DNA of 63,898 nucleotides, the filler included, from Choristocarpus tenellus KU-1152 (lineage: Eukaryota; Protista; Phaeophyceae): NCBI GenBank assembly GCA_964200185.2. It is 9 parts of 9 records of this genome, joined end to end, with 100 filler letters (N's around TTAATTAATTAA, not from the genome) between each part and the next. Parts side by side here need not be neighbours in the genome. Positions count along the whole stretch, not along the records: positions 43,931 to 54,616 come from CAXNAD020002786.1; positions 54,717 to 61,196 come from CAXNAD020008048.1; positions 61,297 to 63,898 come from CAXNAD020026374.1; 6 more parts are not named here. One strand, 5' to 3'. Shown piece after piece: positions 52,301-63,404 of the stretch (the first letter of the stretch is position 1; the number at the start of each line of letters is the position of its first letter). The notes beneath the pieces are model-generated. The model was not told the DNA's origin and did no database searches. It saw only the letters and a list, made by a program, of their open reading frames with translations. A program made the translations under genes and the position numbers.

Positions 52301-54616
52301 TTCAAACCATTAAAAATAAATTGTGTTCAAGGTGGAATGGATTCCTAGTTTATTAACACTTACCTAAAAATAATATAATATGAGTAGTTGTTATATTATT
52401 ATTATTATATTAATAAATGAATAAAGGTTCTGGATGTGTGCTATGGTGTCAAATTGATATTAGTATTATTGTTATTATTATTACTAGCAATATTAGTAGT
52501 AGTAGTTGTTGTAGTAGGTGTGAGGTGAGGTGAGTAGTCCAGTGTTTTGTGTACAATTATTTGTATCCTACTTGTCTTGTGTGTGGTCCCTCACAATGGT
52601 GAGGATTTGCTAATTATTATTATTACTATTATTTTACTGTCATTTAAATGCTAAGAGTACAATTTTTACATTTAAAAACTTTATTTATATTTACTCCAGT
52701 AATCTGTTATTTAACTATTGTTTCAATTACAAGCATTTTTATTATTTTTTCTATTATTATTTTTTATTACTGCTATTATTAAAATTACTGAGTCATCTCT
52801 TTACTCCATTACTGTCTTATATTACTGCTATTATTAAAATTACTGAGTCAACTCTTTACTCCATTACTGTCTTATATTACTGCTATTATTAAAATTACTG
52901 AGTCAACTCTTTACTCCATTACTGTCTTATATTACTGCTATTATTAAAATTACTGAGTCATCTCTTTACTCCATTACTGTCTTATATTACCTCTATTGTG
53001 ACAGTTATCTAATATTTTTATCTTCTAATATTCTATTAGATACCTATACTACTGGTACTGTTGCAGTGTTTATTTTCAGATATATATATTATCATTTTCT
53101 CCATACAGTATTTGTATCATGTACAGTTTTTGTTTTGTGTACAGACTGCAGTGCTGTGCTCTTGACAATGATAATAATAATAATAATAATGATTTTATTG
53201 GTAGGAGGTCGTCTGAATGTAGTGAGGTGGGAGTTTTGCATGTGTACACTAACTGTTCCTTTTTTATTTTATATTTTATATTCAATTCACAATACAGCTG
53301 CAACACTAACTGTTCCTTTTTTATTTTATATTATATTTTAGATTTTATATTCAATTCACAATACAGCTGCAACACTAACTGTTCCTTTTTTATTTTATTT
53401 TATATTTTATATTCAATTCACAATACAGCTGCAACGCTAACTGTGATAGGGTTAGGGTTAGCGTTAGGGTTAGGGTTTGTACAGTTCTCGAACATAAAAA
53501 AAATACTTCTCCGTTTTGCTGTTAGTACTAACCCTAACCCTAACCCGGATATAGTACTAAACTTTGACGTGATGGGATGTAATGGGATGGGATGTGATGT
53601 GATGGGGGGTTTTTAATAATGGGAAAGTCTTTGTTTTATATGCATCTTCTGGGATTGGGATTGGTTCGTTTTAAATTATAACCTCTACAGTGACTGAAAT
53701 GCTAAACATAACCATAACCATAACCATAACCCTAATATGCTGTCGTTCAATTATATTAGACCTACAAATAGAGTGGTTGCATTTGATTGGATGCATTTGA
53801 TTGGATGCATTTGATTGGATGATTTGAATGTGTGCATACACGCTGAATGGTGGAAATTTCATCTTGGTGTTGTATGTATATAATTTCATCTTGGTGTTTT
53901 ATGTATATAATTTCATCTTGGTGTTGTATATATATATATTTTTTTCTTATGCATCAAACTTAAATATTTTTATTTTTATTATCAAAGACATTATTTTTGC
54001 TATCAATAATATATATTTTTCCATCAATGATATTATTTTTATTTTAACATTAGAACTCGCAAATGTAGCGAATTATGATACTATGAATAATAATAATAAT
54101 AATAATTTTGGTACTATAATAATAATAATAATAATTTTGATACTAATAATAATAATAATAATAATTTTGGTACTGTGTATATGTACATGGGTGTGTATAC
54201 CTGGCTAAGACCTACATCCCAACTGCCTTCATCTTCCAAGTAGCATGTACTATTACTAGTGGTGCATTCTCCTTTCTCATCTCTAACCCTAACCCCACAC
54301 TTCAATTTTTATTTTTTTTTATGATACAGCACCAATGTCACCTCATCGATTGTCAATGTCCATGCTGCCTCAACTCACCTCCCTGTATGGTGTGATATTC
54401 TATGTGATGTGATATTCTATGCGCGTTCAAGGCTCGACAGGTGCAAGATACATTTTGTGTGTTATTCCCATGATTGCATTGAATATGGCGGTCACAGCAC
54501 CCTCTACTCTCTTTCAAGCTCAGCGTCCAATGTCCTCTTCTGGAGGGGGGGGTGTTGGGGGGGAGGGAGAGAGAGACTGGGAGGGTCCAATGCTTCCTTT
54601 GGAGGGGATACACTAA
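44671..54616 (+). CDS. NEF1 (No Exine Formation 1)-like polytopic membrane protein, internal fragment. Exons about 44671-44838, 45844-46014, 47212-47338, 49314-~49580, 50904-51116, ~54170-54245, 54441-contig end
   Basis: Colinear motifs recalled from plant NEF1: SRGVLWW, YTRVPPPMN, LHAVCLLLAE, EDIYPLSFVVATG..RLWSEWKMG, CVYLAK, MAVTAP. Hydrophobic exons with AG/GT borders. Recognition is from memory, not a search. Confidence 0.7.
48106..48320. repeat. Intronic minisatellite, 49-bp unit x about 4
   Basis: GATACAG(T/G)ATAC(A/C)TTATAGTACCATAGCCCTAACACT..CAATACAT repeated. Confidence 0.92.
48852..49150. repeat. Intronic minisatellite built on GTTA(T/C)CATTAATA
   Basis: Many short units interleaved with GTTAATGTCAATG. 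Confidence 0.9.
51165..51575. repeat. Intronic minisatellite, 28-bp unit x about 13
   Basis: AGTAGGACATTATTTA(C/A)TACTTATTATT repeated. Confidence 0.95.
52766..52990. repeat. Intronic minisatellite, 55-bp unit x4
   Basis: ATTACTGCTATTATTAAAATTACTGAGTCA(T/A)CTCTTTACTCCATTACTGTCTTAT repeated. Confidence 0.95.
53245..53443. repeat. Intronic minisatellite, about 60-70-bp unit x3
   Basis: ACACTAACTGTTCCTTTTTT...ATATTCAATTCACAATACAGCTGCA repeated. Confidence 0.9.
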
Positions 54617-54716
54617 NNNNNNNNNNNNNNNNNNNNNNNNNNNNNNNNNNNNNNNNNNNNTTAATTAATTAANNNNNNNNNNNNNNNNNNNNNNNNNNNN
54701 NNNNNNNNNNNNNNNN

Positions 54717-56807
54717 CTTTAAAACACCATGATTCCTCTTCCTTCGTAGTCTATGTATCATATACAATGCATTCGATTCAGGTTTCAACATTGATCGCAT
54801 CAAAGTCAGCAGCAATTCCTTCGACGATTCAAGATGATCCGAACGAGAAATCGAAAAGGCGAGTATGGCGATGGCTTTGGATGGGTTTGCGGAACAAGTG
54901 GCGAGCAACCATGACAGTCCTTCCGAAGCTTTCCAAGCTTTAAGGAACCACTTTAGGAGAAGTGGTATAACTGAAAGGCTAACATGAGATCGAAGCTTAA
55001 TTCTTTACATTTACCTTCTGGAGAGGATCCGTTCACAGTCATCATGGATCTGGACAGCATTTTTAAGAAAATGCGATCCCTGGGTGATGAACCGGGTGAT
55101 GAAGAGCAATTGAGTGCCATGCACAATTGCTTGACTGACAAATATTTAATTGAGATTCGACAGGTCACAGGATGCGGTCAGGCAGCGAGGATGGATCTAC
55201 AACAACGAGTTTGCGAAACGTAGCAACTTCGTAAACGACGGCTTAATAGACGGATGGGAAATGATGGTGCATTGATGGTTGGAGGTCCCTGTTCGAGAAG
55301 TGGAACTGTTGGTTTTCAGAAGGATCGGCAGTCAAGACGTGTGGAGTGCTGGCAGTGTGGAGGACCACACTTTCAATTTTCCTGTCCCACCGTTGTTTCG
55401 TCCCGTTCTGGATATCTTATACAGGTTCTTGTTATATCTGTGGAGCCAAAGGACACAAGGCTTACTGTTATCCCAAACGCGCTGGTGATTTCGGAGAATC
55501 GGGTCAATGATCGTCTGGGCAAACTCCCCGAAGGAAGAAGAAGAATGGTAAAGGGAAGGGGAGCGGCAATGCAAGCAACACTGGTGAAGCTGGTGATGGT
55601 GAACACAAAGCAAATTGTACAACAGTTCAGCTTGGAGGATTCTCATCAGTGAGCAATGATGGAAGTATTGTGGAAGTGGGTGAACTTTGGTTCTTTGACA
55701 GTGGGTGTTAGGTTCATATGACAAACAATCCTGCTCTGATAGATCCAAAAACCGTGGTAGTGACATCGGTGACTGTTGGGAATGGAAAGGTTCTACAAGT
55801 TTCAGCCGTTGGTAATTTGTAACTATCTTGTGTACAGAATGGGGAAGTTTCAAACTTCATCGTGCACAAAGTGTCATTTGTCCCTGGGTTAAAGTTTAAT
55901 CTTTTCTCAATGATACAAGCGGGGAAGCAATCTTGGGGAGAATTATATTGGAAAGGGGAAAATTCTCTGCAATTAACGCCGTCTTCTGGAGGTCCTGGAT
56001 TGCAATTTTTGAAGATAAGTGGTAAGAATTATGGATTTTTACATCGAAAGCTAATCGAAGAATTTTCTTGACAATACCTGACCTGCCCTGACATGACAGA
56101 GAGGATTGTGTCAGGACTAGTTCTAGCCGAGAGGGGGAGGCGGGAATAGGCGCACTCACCCTGACAAGGGCTGGAGGAGATACCGTCACAGGTGGAAAAT
56201 CTGAGGAGACTGCAATGTCAGAGGAGGATGTTGCAGCGACAGGAGTGAATACCCTTGAGGGGGTTTCAGGAGATGCCATCGACCCAGGGGGGACTATTGA
56301 GGAGGAATAGCCTCCCCCAGAAGTGGCTGCAGTACATGATGATCTGGAACGATGGACTGGGGCCCAAACAACGTTAGAGGAGGATGTGGCATTTGATGAG
56401 CTCGCCCGGGGTGGGGCTGGAGCCTTTGTCACTGTCCCATGGGGGCTGAGTGGGGAAATGAGACCCACTAGGAGTATGGAATACATCAAATGCATCATCA
56501 GCTAGGTCATTGCCATGAGGCAATGGTATGCAGGTACGCCAAGGAACGTGGGATCAATCTCACTGGAGAGTGGCAACAATACTGCAAGGGGTGCGCTATT
56601 GGCAAGGCTCACCGCAAACCAGTACCAAAGGTGACGTCGTGCAGATCAGGGAAGCGCTTGGGGAGGGTGTTCATAGATCTCAGCGGACCCAAGCCAGGTT
56701 GAGCAGCCCGGGCGGATTTTTATATTTGATGCTCATGGTCTGCGACAAGACAGGATGGGATGGTTACGGTTTCTGAGATCTAAGGATGAGACTGCCAAGA
56801 TATTTCG
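54717..56807 (+). mobile_element. Decayed Ty1/copia retrotransposon 5' half (gag, zinc knuckles, protease, pre-integrase, integrase start), truncated by a TIR element
   Basis: Gag-like helical region; knuckles CWQCGGPHFQFSCP and CYICGAKGHKAYC; protease WFFDSGC*VHMT; VSFVPGLKFNLFS; HHQLGH...CKGCAIGK; RVFIDLSGP. Multiple stops and frameshifts. Confidence 0.92.
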
Positions 56808-56943
56808 GGGCCAAAGTATCTGGGTGGGGGGGGCGGGTGTCCATTTGGGGTCCATTTTACTATATGCGATTTTTGGGTAACTTGCTTATATATGCGAGGG
56901 AAGGTGTATTTCCTAGTTATGTGTGTGGATTGCACTTGGTTAT
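56808..56943. mobile_element. Family A terminus; only one TIR seen, possibly the end of a longer element
   Basis: GGGCCAAAGTATCTGGGTGGGG...GTCCATTTGGGGTCCATTTT; similarity to other A copies fades after about 85 bp. Confidence 0.8.
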
Positions 56944-57210
56944 GAGTCAAAGTATCTTAGAGGGTAGAGCCACGTCCATATGGGGACCCAAATCCAATGT
57001 TGCACTTTGATGTAATTTTGTCTATCGTGATTAGTAGGAGATGTCTATATCCTTGTTCCAGACACACTTTCAGACACACCTTTCATAACGTATACATTTT
57101 ACCTACTCCGAAACATTTTGAAGTAGGAAAAATCATTAGACGCCCGTTGGGAAGCTAACCCCCAAATGGACAAGCAAGGAAAAATCGTACCCTCTAAGAT
57201 ATTTTTACTC
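56944..57210. mobile_element. MITE family B (267 bp)
   Basis: GAGTCAAAGTATCTTAGAGGGTA ... TACCCTCTAAGATATTTTTACTC, TAT on both flanks. Confidence 0.92.
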
Positions 57211-57231
57211 TATAGTCTGCTACCCTCTTTC

Positions 57232-57960
57232 TTATACCCATTTGCGCCTATACTCCATCAACACTCTAACCCAGCATATCATCCTCTTGAGAATATCCAA
57301 GACATTGGGCACATGCGATCTACTGGCCACAACACCCTCCCCGATCGATATGGATTCCGCCTTCTCACGACTGCATTGTGGAAAAATCTTCCACACAAAC
57401 CTCCTCTGTCGATTCTTCTGGAGGGTCGCTCCGACTTCTGATGCCCAAGGTCTTGTTGCATGAGTGGGGACCCGTATGCTGCAAGGAAGATTACTCCCCA
57501 GGGCAATGCACGCCACGGTCCTCAAGAGTATAATCCTATGCTGCCCGTTCCGACAAAATAACGTGTTAGAAGCGTCGGTGGGATCCCTCTCCTTGCCGTC
57601 CTCGTCTACTCCTATGCACCCGTGTCCAATGTATCGCGAGAATAGTTCGTCATCGGCTATATTAAGTGGAACCCGTGATGCATGCACTGAGGCCTTGAAG
57701 TCCTTGAGAGTCTTCCAACATGAGCACAAAGAGAAGTCCACTCAAGATGGCGATGAGCTTCTCGGCCGCGTCTTCCGTGTCTGTGCCCAGTTTACTGAAC
57801 ATACTCTCGACCCTCCCTTTGTCGAGGAGGTTGGCATTGAACTCTTGGGACACGAATGTCGATGTTGCAAGGTCCATGGTATGCGTCGCATTGAGGCTTG
57901 TTGCTATCACCGCTGTGGTCCACTTCTGGTTGGACTTCTTGGTACTCCCGGTCGTTGCTC
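57232..57960 (-). pseudogene. Frameshifted coding remnant, possibly ParB/Srx-fold (DGQHR-like)
   Basis: Overlapping ORFs give NANLLDKGRVESMFSKLG...KLIAI/VD...LFCRNGQHRIILLR, with a frame change near 57745. GC-richer and codon-like relative to the flanks. Confidence 0.4.
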
Positions 57961-58284
57961 TGTGGCATGATAGGGGGGTGAGGTGCAACCAGCAGTAGCA
58001 ACCAACACGAACGAGACGCATGCAGAAGTGGATACATGTCGTTAGTGATGGAGGCAAGGGAATTGTCAGTGGGGACAAGACGGGGAGTGTCGCAACAATA
58101 GTAAGGACAGTATATGTGATTTGTGATTTCAAGGTTGATAGCGTCTGGCAACAATCTGCAATGTCTGTTTGCACACGTGAATATTGTCCAACCGATGTCG
58201 TTTAAACGAGACCTTTATTTAATTGGAGAGGGTAAAATGTCGCTGTCGATACTGCGAGTTGTCAACACTTGTGGAACCGCAAAA

Positions 58285-58885
58285 TGTAGCAATTTTAATC
58301 GCATGGACAAAACATGAATAACCAACTTGATATCCTTTCTTTCAAGGCAATAGGTAACAATTTCAAATGCATGCGGAACACATTCATAACACAACTTGAT
58401 ATCTTCTGTCGGATGGTACAAGATAGCATTTTTGAACACATGGACACAACATGAATAACTCAAATATATATCGTTTCTTTCAAGGCAATAGATAACAATT
58501 TCAAACGCATGGGGAAAACATTTATAACCTAACTTGATATCGCTTGTTTCAAGGCATGTGGAAAACATTCATAACCAAATTTGTCTGTTGGATGGCGGAA
58601 GATGGCATTTTTGAACGCATGGGGAAACATGAATAACCCAACTTTATATAGTTTGTTTCAAGGGCAATAGGTAGCAATTTCAAACGCATGTGGAACACAT
58701 TAATAACACAATTTGATATCTTATGTCGGATGGCAGAAGATAGCATTTTTGAGCTCATGGGGAAAATACGCATAGCCCATCTTGATATCTTTTGCCGATA
58801 TGGCAATAGGTAGCAATTTTAACGCATGGGGAAAACATGAATAACCCAATTTGATTTCTTTCGCCCGATGGCAGAAGATAGACAT
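58285..58885. repeat. Diverged tandem array, about 60-66-bp unit x 9-10 with two alternating unit types
   Basis: Core TAGCA(A/T)TTT.AACGCATG..AAA.CAT..ATAAC.CAA.TTGATATC followed by either TTTCAAGGCAATAG or GTCGGATGGCAGAAGA. Confidence 0.88.
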
Positions 58886-61296
58886 TGGAAAAGAATGCCG
58901 AGCGCGGTTTTAACAGTGGATGCGCGCACTTCATACCCACAACTTAAAGGGTTGTGAGGTTTAGGGTATGGTGCGTCATTAACGCTATCAGCTTCGCCTC
59001 GATAATATCGGTAGCTTCCGATGTTATCATTGCAAGAGGCATTTCATACACTTATATATATGGATTCTGTTCATATGTGCATATGTGCATATGTGCATAT
59101 GTGCATATGTGCATGGGGGGTTGGTTCACAATCAGTCTTCGATTTACGAACATAATTCTTCTAATGTCCACATAGTTGGATGTTATTGCATGTTTGTTTC
59201 TTTATTCCGTTTGTAGTGTATAATCGCGTTGACAGTGGCAACAGCCGTTACATTACGATACTGACTTGCATGTTACTACGATCAAATTGCTGTTTCTACG
59301 TAATTGGGTTGGCTATTTGTGTAAGGTGTGTATTTCGTACTGTGGGGTGGTTACCAAACGCGAACATGGACAGGTGAAGTTACATTAATGTCCATTATAG
59401 GAGGTTAAGGGTCGGATGAACCCTTTGCATGGTGTACCACATATGTTTAAGGATGGTAATGTGGTCTGAAAAAGAGGATGCAAAGGGATGAGAAGGTGTG
59501 AACCACCTCAACTGCTTTCGGGAGTTCAATGCTCGACTACTTTTAGGATTAGCGTTGGGTTTGGGGTTGCAAGTGAAATGACGGCGGGACCAATGTCGAC
59601 AGACGGTTTGGAAACAATTCCAATGCCAGAAAATAGAGGGTAGGGTGGTGATGATGGTCTAACCTCTACTGACTCGTGCTTTGGAAGCAGTTTGAATAGA
59701 GGACTAAATGCAGGGAATTGTGTGCTGTTATGTAATTATGTTCACGACCAAGGTGCGTGCAGGGAAGGGGGGAGGCACGACCGTAGTGTTCAATACTGCT
59801 TAACGTTTGCTTCAGGTAATTAATCGCCCTGATTATGTAAAGCCACCGTCAAATGGTGGGCCTCTTCAATTGTATAACCATTATGGTTGCCAAGGGTGAA
59901 AACCCCGTGTGGTATAGACATGAATACAACACCCCTTGTCGACAGTGGTAGTACTGCTCGACAAAAATTAAGGTTAATGTAAAAAACTCGATTTGTATAC
60001 AGAGGTTTTCAAAGATGTTGACGCAGGTTTCGATGGTATGGTCCTCAAAAATGTTTTGACGACAAGCCTGAAATATTTCAAACAGAACACTAGAACGTGT
60101 CAGCCTGCATTGGTTTCTACGGTATCGTGCGGTGCACATGTACTTGGGAATGTGTCGAATCGGTGTTTATATTGTGGGAGGTGGTCGTATAAATCGATTT
60201 AGGTTATGTGGGGGACAGTAGAGTGACTCATGCCCAACACGGATTACAGAAGTATATAAACAAGGCAACTAACAAAGAATTTCAAAGTCGAGGTGCATTT
60301 ATATTGTCCTCGAGATCCGTGCCCATGCGTGAGTTCAGGGCGTCTGGATGTTGGTGGTGAAACGCCAGAAAAATGACCAAATGTAGGTCGATCACGTGGA
60401 ATGAAAGCATGCCGTTGGTAATAATAATTTGACGTGGGATTGGCATGGTGTGTGTGTGTGCGAACAGGTGTTCCTCCTTCTGGTTCCACCCACGTCTTTA
60501 TCGTTTTGTCAGAACTTAATCTTCCAAAATAAACGTACAAAAATAATGGAGAGTGTAACACCCTTGCAAGCGGTGCAAGGGGAATCTACATCGTGGGGTG
60601 AAAGAGTTGGATGAGTGTGGGACGGTGGTGTTAGGGTTACATCTAATGGACTGCTTGGTTTGAGGCTTCAATAAACTCGAGAAGGTCTCCACTGTTTTAC
60701 CTGCCAAGTGCTACTAAATCGAAAAATCGGAAACCGACCAAGAATTTTTGAACATTTCCTATTCTGTCTATCTGTGAACATGCCTAACGAGAGCAATGTA
60801 TGCATCTCTTCCATCACCTCGAGGTCACGTATAGTGCCAAACAACGTCCCCAAGCAGGGTAGAATTGACATCGTATTTCTTGTTCCAAGACCATGGTATA
60901 TACTGTTAAAGTATCCCCAAAATCATCAAAGGGGATAAAGGTGATAAACCCAGGGAGATTACTTGGTGTCTGTAGAGTGATTGATTAAAGTTAGGTGGGG
61001 CATGTAATGCCCCCATAAAATCAGAAATATTTCCTTCCTTTTCTATGAGAAAAATTCTCATTCAACTAATCACTAGTAAAAGGTTCTGATAACTCAACCA
61101 CTAATTGATTGTTCTGTTACTCCATACATATTTTACCGTAACTGTCCGATAGAGTTCGAAGGGTCTAATCGAACACCCTCCCTAGCTTAAACAACTNNNN
61201 NNNNNNNNNNNNNNNNNNNNNNNNNNNNNNNNNNNNNNNNTTAATTAATTAANNNNNNNNNNNNNNNNNNNNNNNNNNNNNNNNNNNNNNNNNNNN

Positions 61297-61360
61297 GAAA
61301 GCCAAGCCCCACAAATGGACAAACAGGGAAAAATTCGTACCCTCTAAGATAGTTTCACTC
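61297..61360. mobile_element. MITE family B end at contig start
   Basis: AAATGGACAAACAGGG...TACCCTCTAAGATAGTTTCACTC. Confidence 0.85.
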
Positions 61361-61969
61361 ATCTCGACCTGGGGCAAGATCTGTCACAAGTAGAAGGCTG
61401 AAAACAAACGTGTTCTTTGTGGCTGCCGCGGCGTTCAGCAGAGCAGTCACAGCTGCGACCAGAATTTTTTTGAGGTGTGGTACGGGGCTGGAATCTCTCC
61501 GAATCATCGATTCCTTGGCGAATCTGTGGGTCGGAGGTGACCTCAACTCTCCTCGAACACTGTGAGTCAGACATGTCTGTGAACCTGGGAGATAAAGGGC
61601 AAGGTGCCGCACAAAAAGATAACAGGGATGTGAGTAGGTGAATGAAGAACAATTAACTACCTAAGCAACGACTCGACCATGGCGGTCAGAGATCACTCAT
61701 CTTATGACTATAGGCGGATGATGCGGCGATCAGAGGCCACTCATTTTACGACTATAGAAGAATTATGGTTCCCTTGGAGCCACAGATGTCACCACACCCA
61801 TGGAGAGGATGAGACCAGGAAGAAGAAAATCCTGTAGACAACGAATGAAGACCATAAATCAAAACAGAAAAAAATATCCAGGCGAACGTAGGAAGCTACC
61901 AAGAATCCTAAGTGCTAAGGTGAATACTGAGTATTCTCTCCAGTTTGAAGAGAGGCGGTAGGACCTCCA

Positions 61970-62045
61970 TGTTACAACACGCCCGAGAACTCACCTCCAC
62001 AGGATGTACAACTCAAATCTAATTACCTTAGAACGACGCTATAGA
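61970..62045 (+). repeat. Dispersed repeat starting TGTTACA (LTR-like 5' end); second copy at 63832-63898
   Basis: Both copies read TGTTACA..CGCCC...CTCACCT.C.CAGGATGTACAACTCAAATC.AA..ACCTTA.AACGA. Confidence 0.6.
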
Positions 62046-62230
62046 GGTGTTGCCTTTGAAACCAGTTTCTTGGGAGTCAGATAGCCTTCTCTCGGATACT
62101 CCACTCAGTATGTAGCTCAAATCTCGACTCAATGTTTCGTTCAAGATAAAGACAGATGAAGAGGTAAAGGATCATCTCATCCAAACGCCCCTCTCACATA
62201 TTCATCATTTGCCCGACCTCTTCAGACTAT

Positions 62231-62483
62231 GAGTCAAAGTATCTTAGAGGGTAGAGCTGCGTCCATTTTGGGGGCCAAAATCCAATGTTGCAATTTTGAT
62301 GTATTTTTGGCTATCATGTTTATTAGATGTCAATATCCTTGTTCTGGACACACCATTTTCATGACGTATACATTATACCTACTCATTTTGGAGGAGGTAA
62401 AAATGTTATTAAAAACCCGTGGGAAGCCAAGCCCCAAATGGACAAACAGGGGAAAACCCGTACCCTCTAAGATATTTTCACTC
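62231..62483. mobile_element. MITE family B (253 bp)
   Basis: GAGTCAAAGTATCTTAGAGGGTA ... TACCCTCTAAGATATTTTCACTC, TAT on both flanks. Confidence 0.92.
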
Positions 62484-63331
62484 TATAATTCAAAAGACAT
62501 CTGCAAGCTGTTGTCTAGTACTCATATTACATAACCTTCCTGCAACTTCCACGGATCAACGTCTATTCTGTGAGGTAATGTATGCATCTCAAATCTTACT
62601 CTGAATCTCTTATCAATTCAACGTTCCTCTTGTATGAATTCTTACATATGTGTACTGTTCGCACATGTTGGCACGCAGAAAGAAATGCCCGCACTATTCG
62701 CCTGTAACAATGAGTCCCATCGCCTGTGACACAGGTTTGGGAAGATCAAGTTATGATGATAACAACACTTCAAAGTAATAAATGTGTAGTAGATAGTAAA
62801 TAAGATATCTTGTCAGGGACAGGTCGGTCGCGCTTTTTGGGATCACCTGACACTGATGAGCATAATACGCGCATTCATGTACATTTGCGCGAGTCACCTT
62901 TTGTCATTGAGGCCAGGCCAAGTGACGTGGTTTGGATATGACGCACAGCCAGCTTGCGTTAACCCCGACATGAATGGTGGGTTCAAACCAGCAAAGTCCG
63001 AGATTGTGTTTTCTGTTCTGACTTGTCACAACCAATCACAGTGAAGATTGATCCACATGGTACTATGAGGCTGTCAACATGTACCCAGCATGCATTAGTC
63101 TCATCTCTCACTTCCGTTCTGAACCTCATCTCTGGTGGTTTTCGTCACCCCTCATCACACAGAACCAGGCCTTCAACAATCTTGACATTTTGATATCGGT
63201 GTGTAATGGAAACTCTAAAAAATATAATTATTGACACAAAAATTGATTGTAGTATGAATGAAATATACGGGCACGGAAATGTGTACTAATAATACAATAG
63301 TACAAAACATTCTTCTAAACAATGGTTCCTT

Positions 63332-63404
63332 CACCGAAGGTGGGGCTCGAACCCACGACCATACGATTAAGAGTCGTACGCTCTACCGACTGAGCTACCC
63401 CGGC
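63332..63404 (-). tRNA. tRNA-Lys (anticodon CTT)
   Basis: GCCGGGG TA GCTC AGTCGGTA GAGC G TACGA CTCTTAA TCGTA TGGTC GTGGG TTCGAGC CCCAC CTTCGGT G: a complete 73-nt cloverleaf with A/B boxes and a TTTT run about 25 nt downstream. Confidence 0.98.

Noticed and set aside
58285-58885. CRISPR-like repeat/spacer appearance
   Set aside because: The 'spacers' are two recurring homologous types, the repeats are degenerate, the context is eukaryotic and there are no cas genes.
59180-60940. Coding-like composition with short ORFs on both strands
   Set aside because: Probably a decayed element, but no motif could be identified with confidence.
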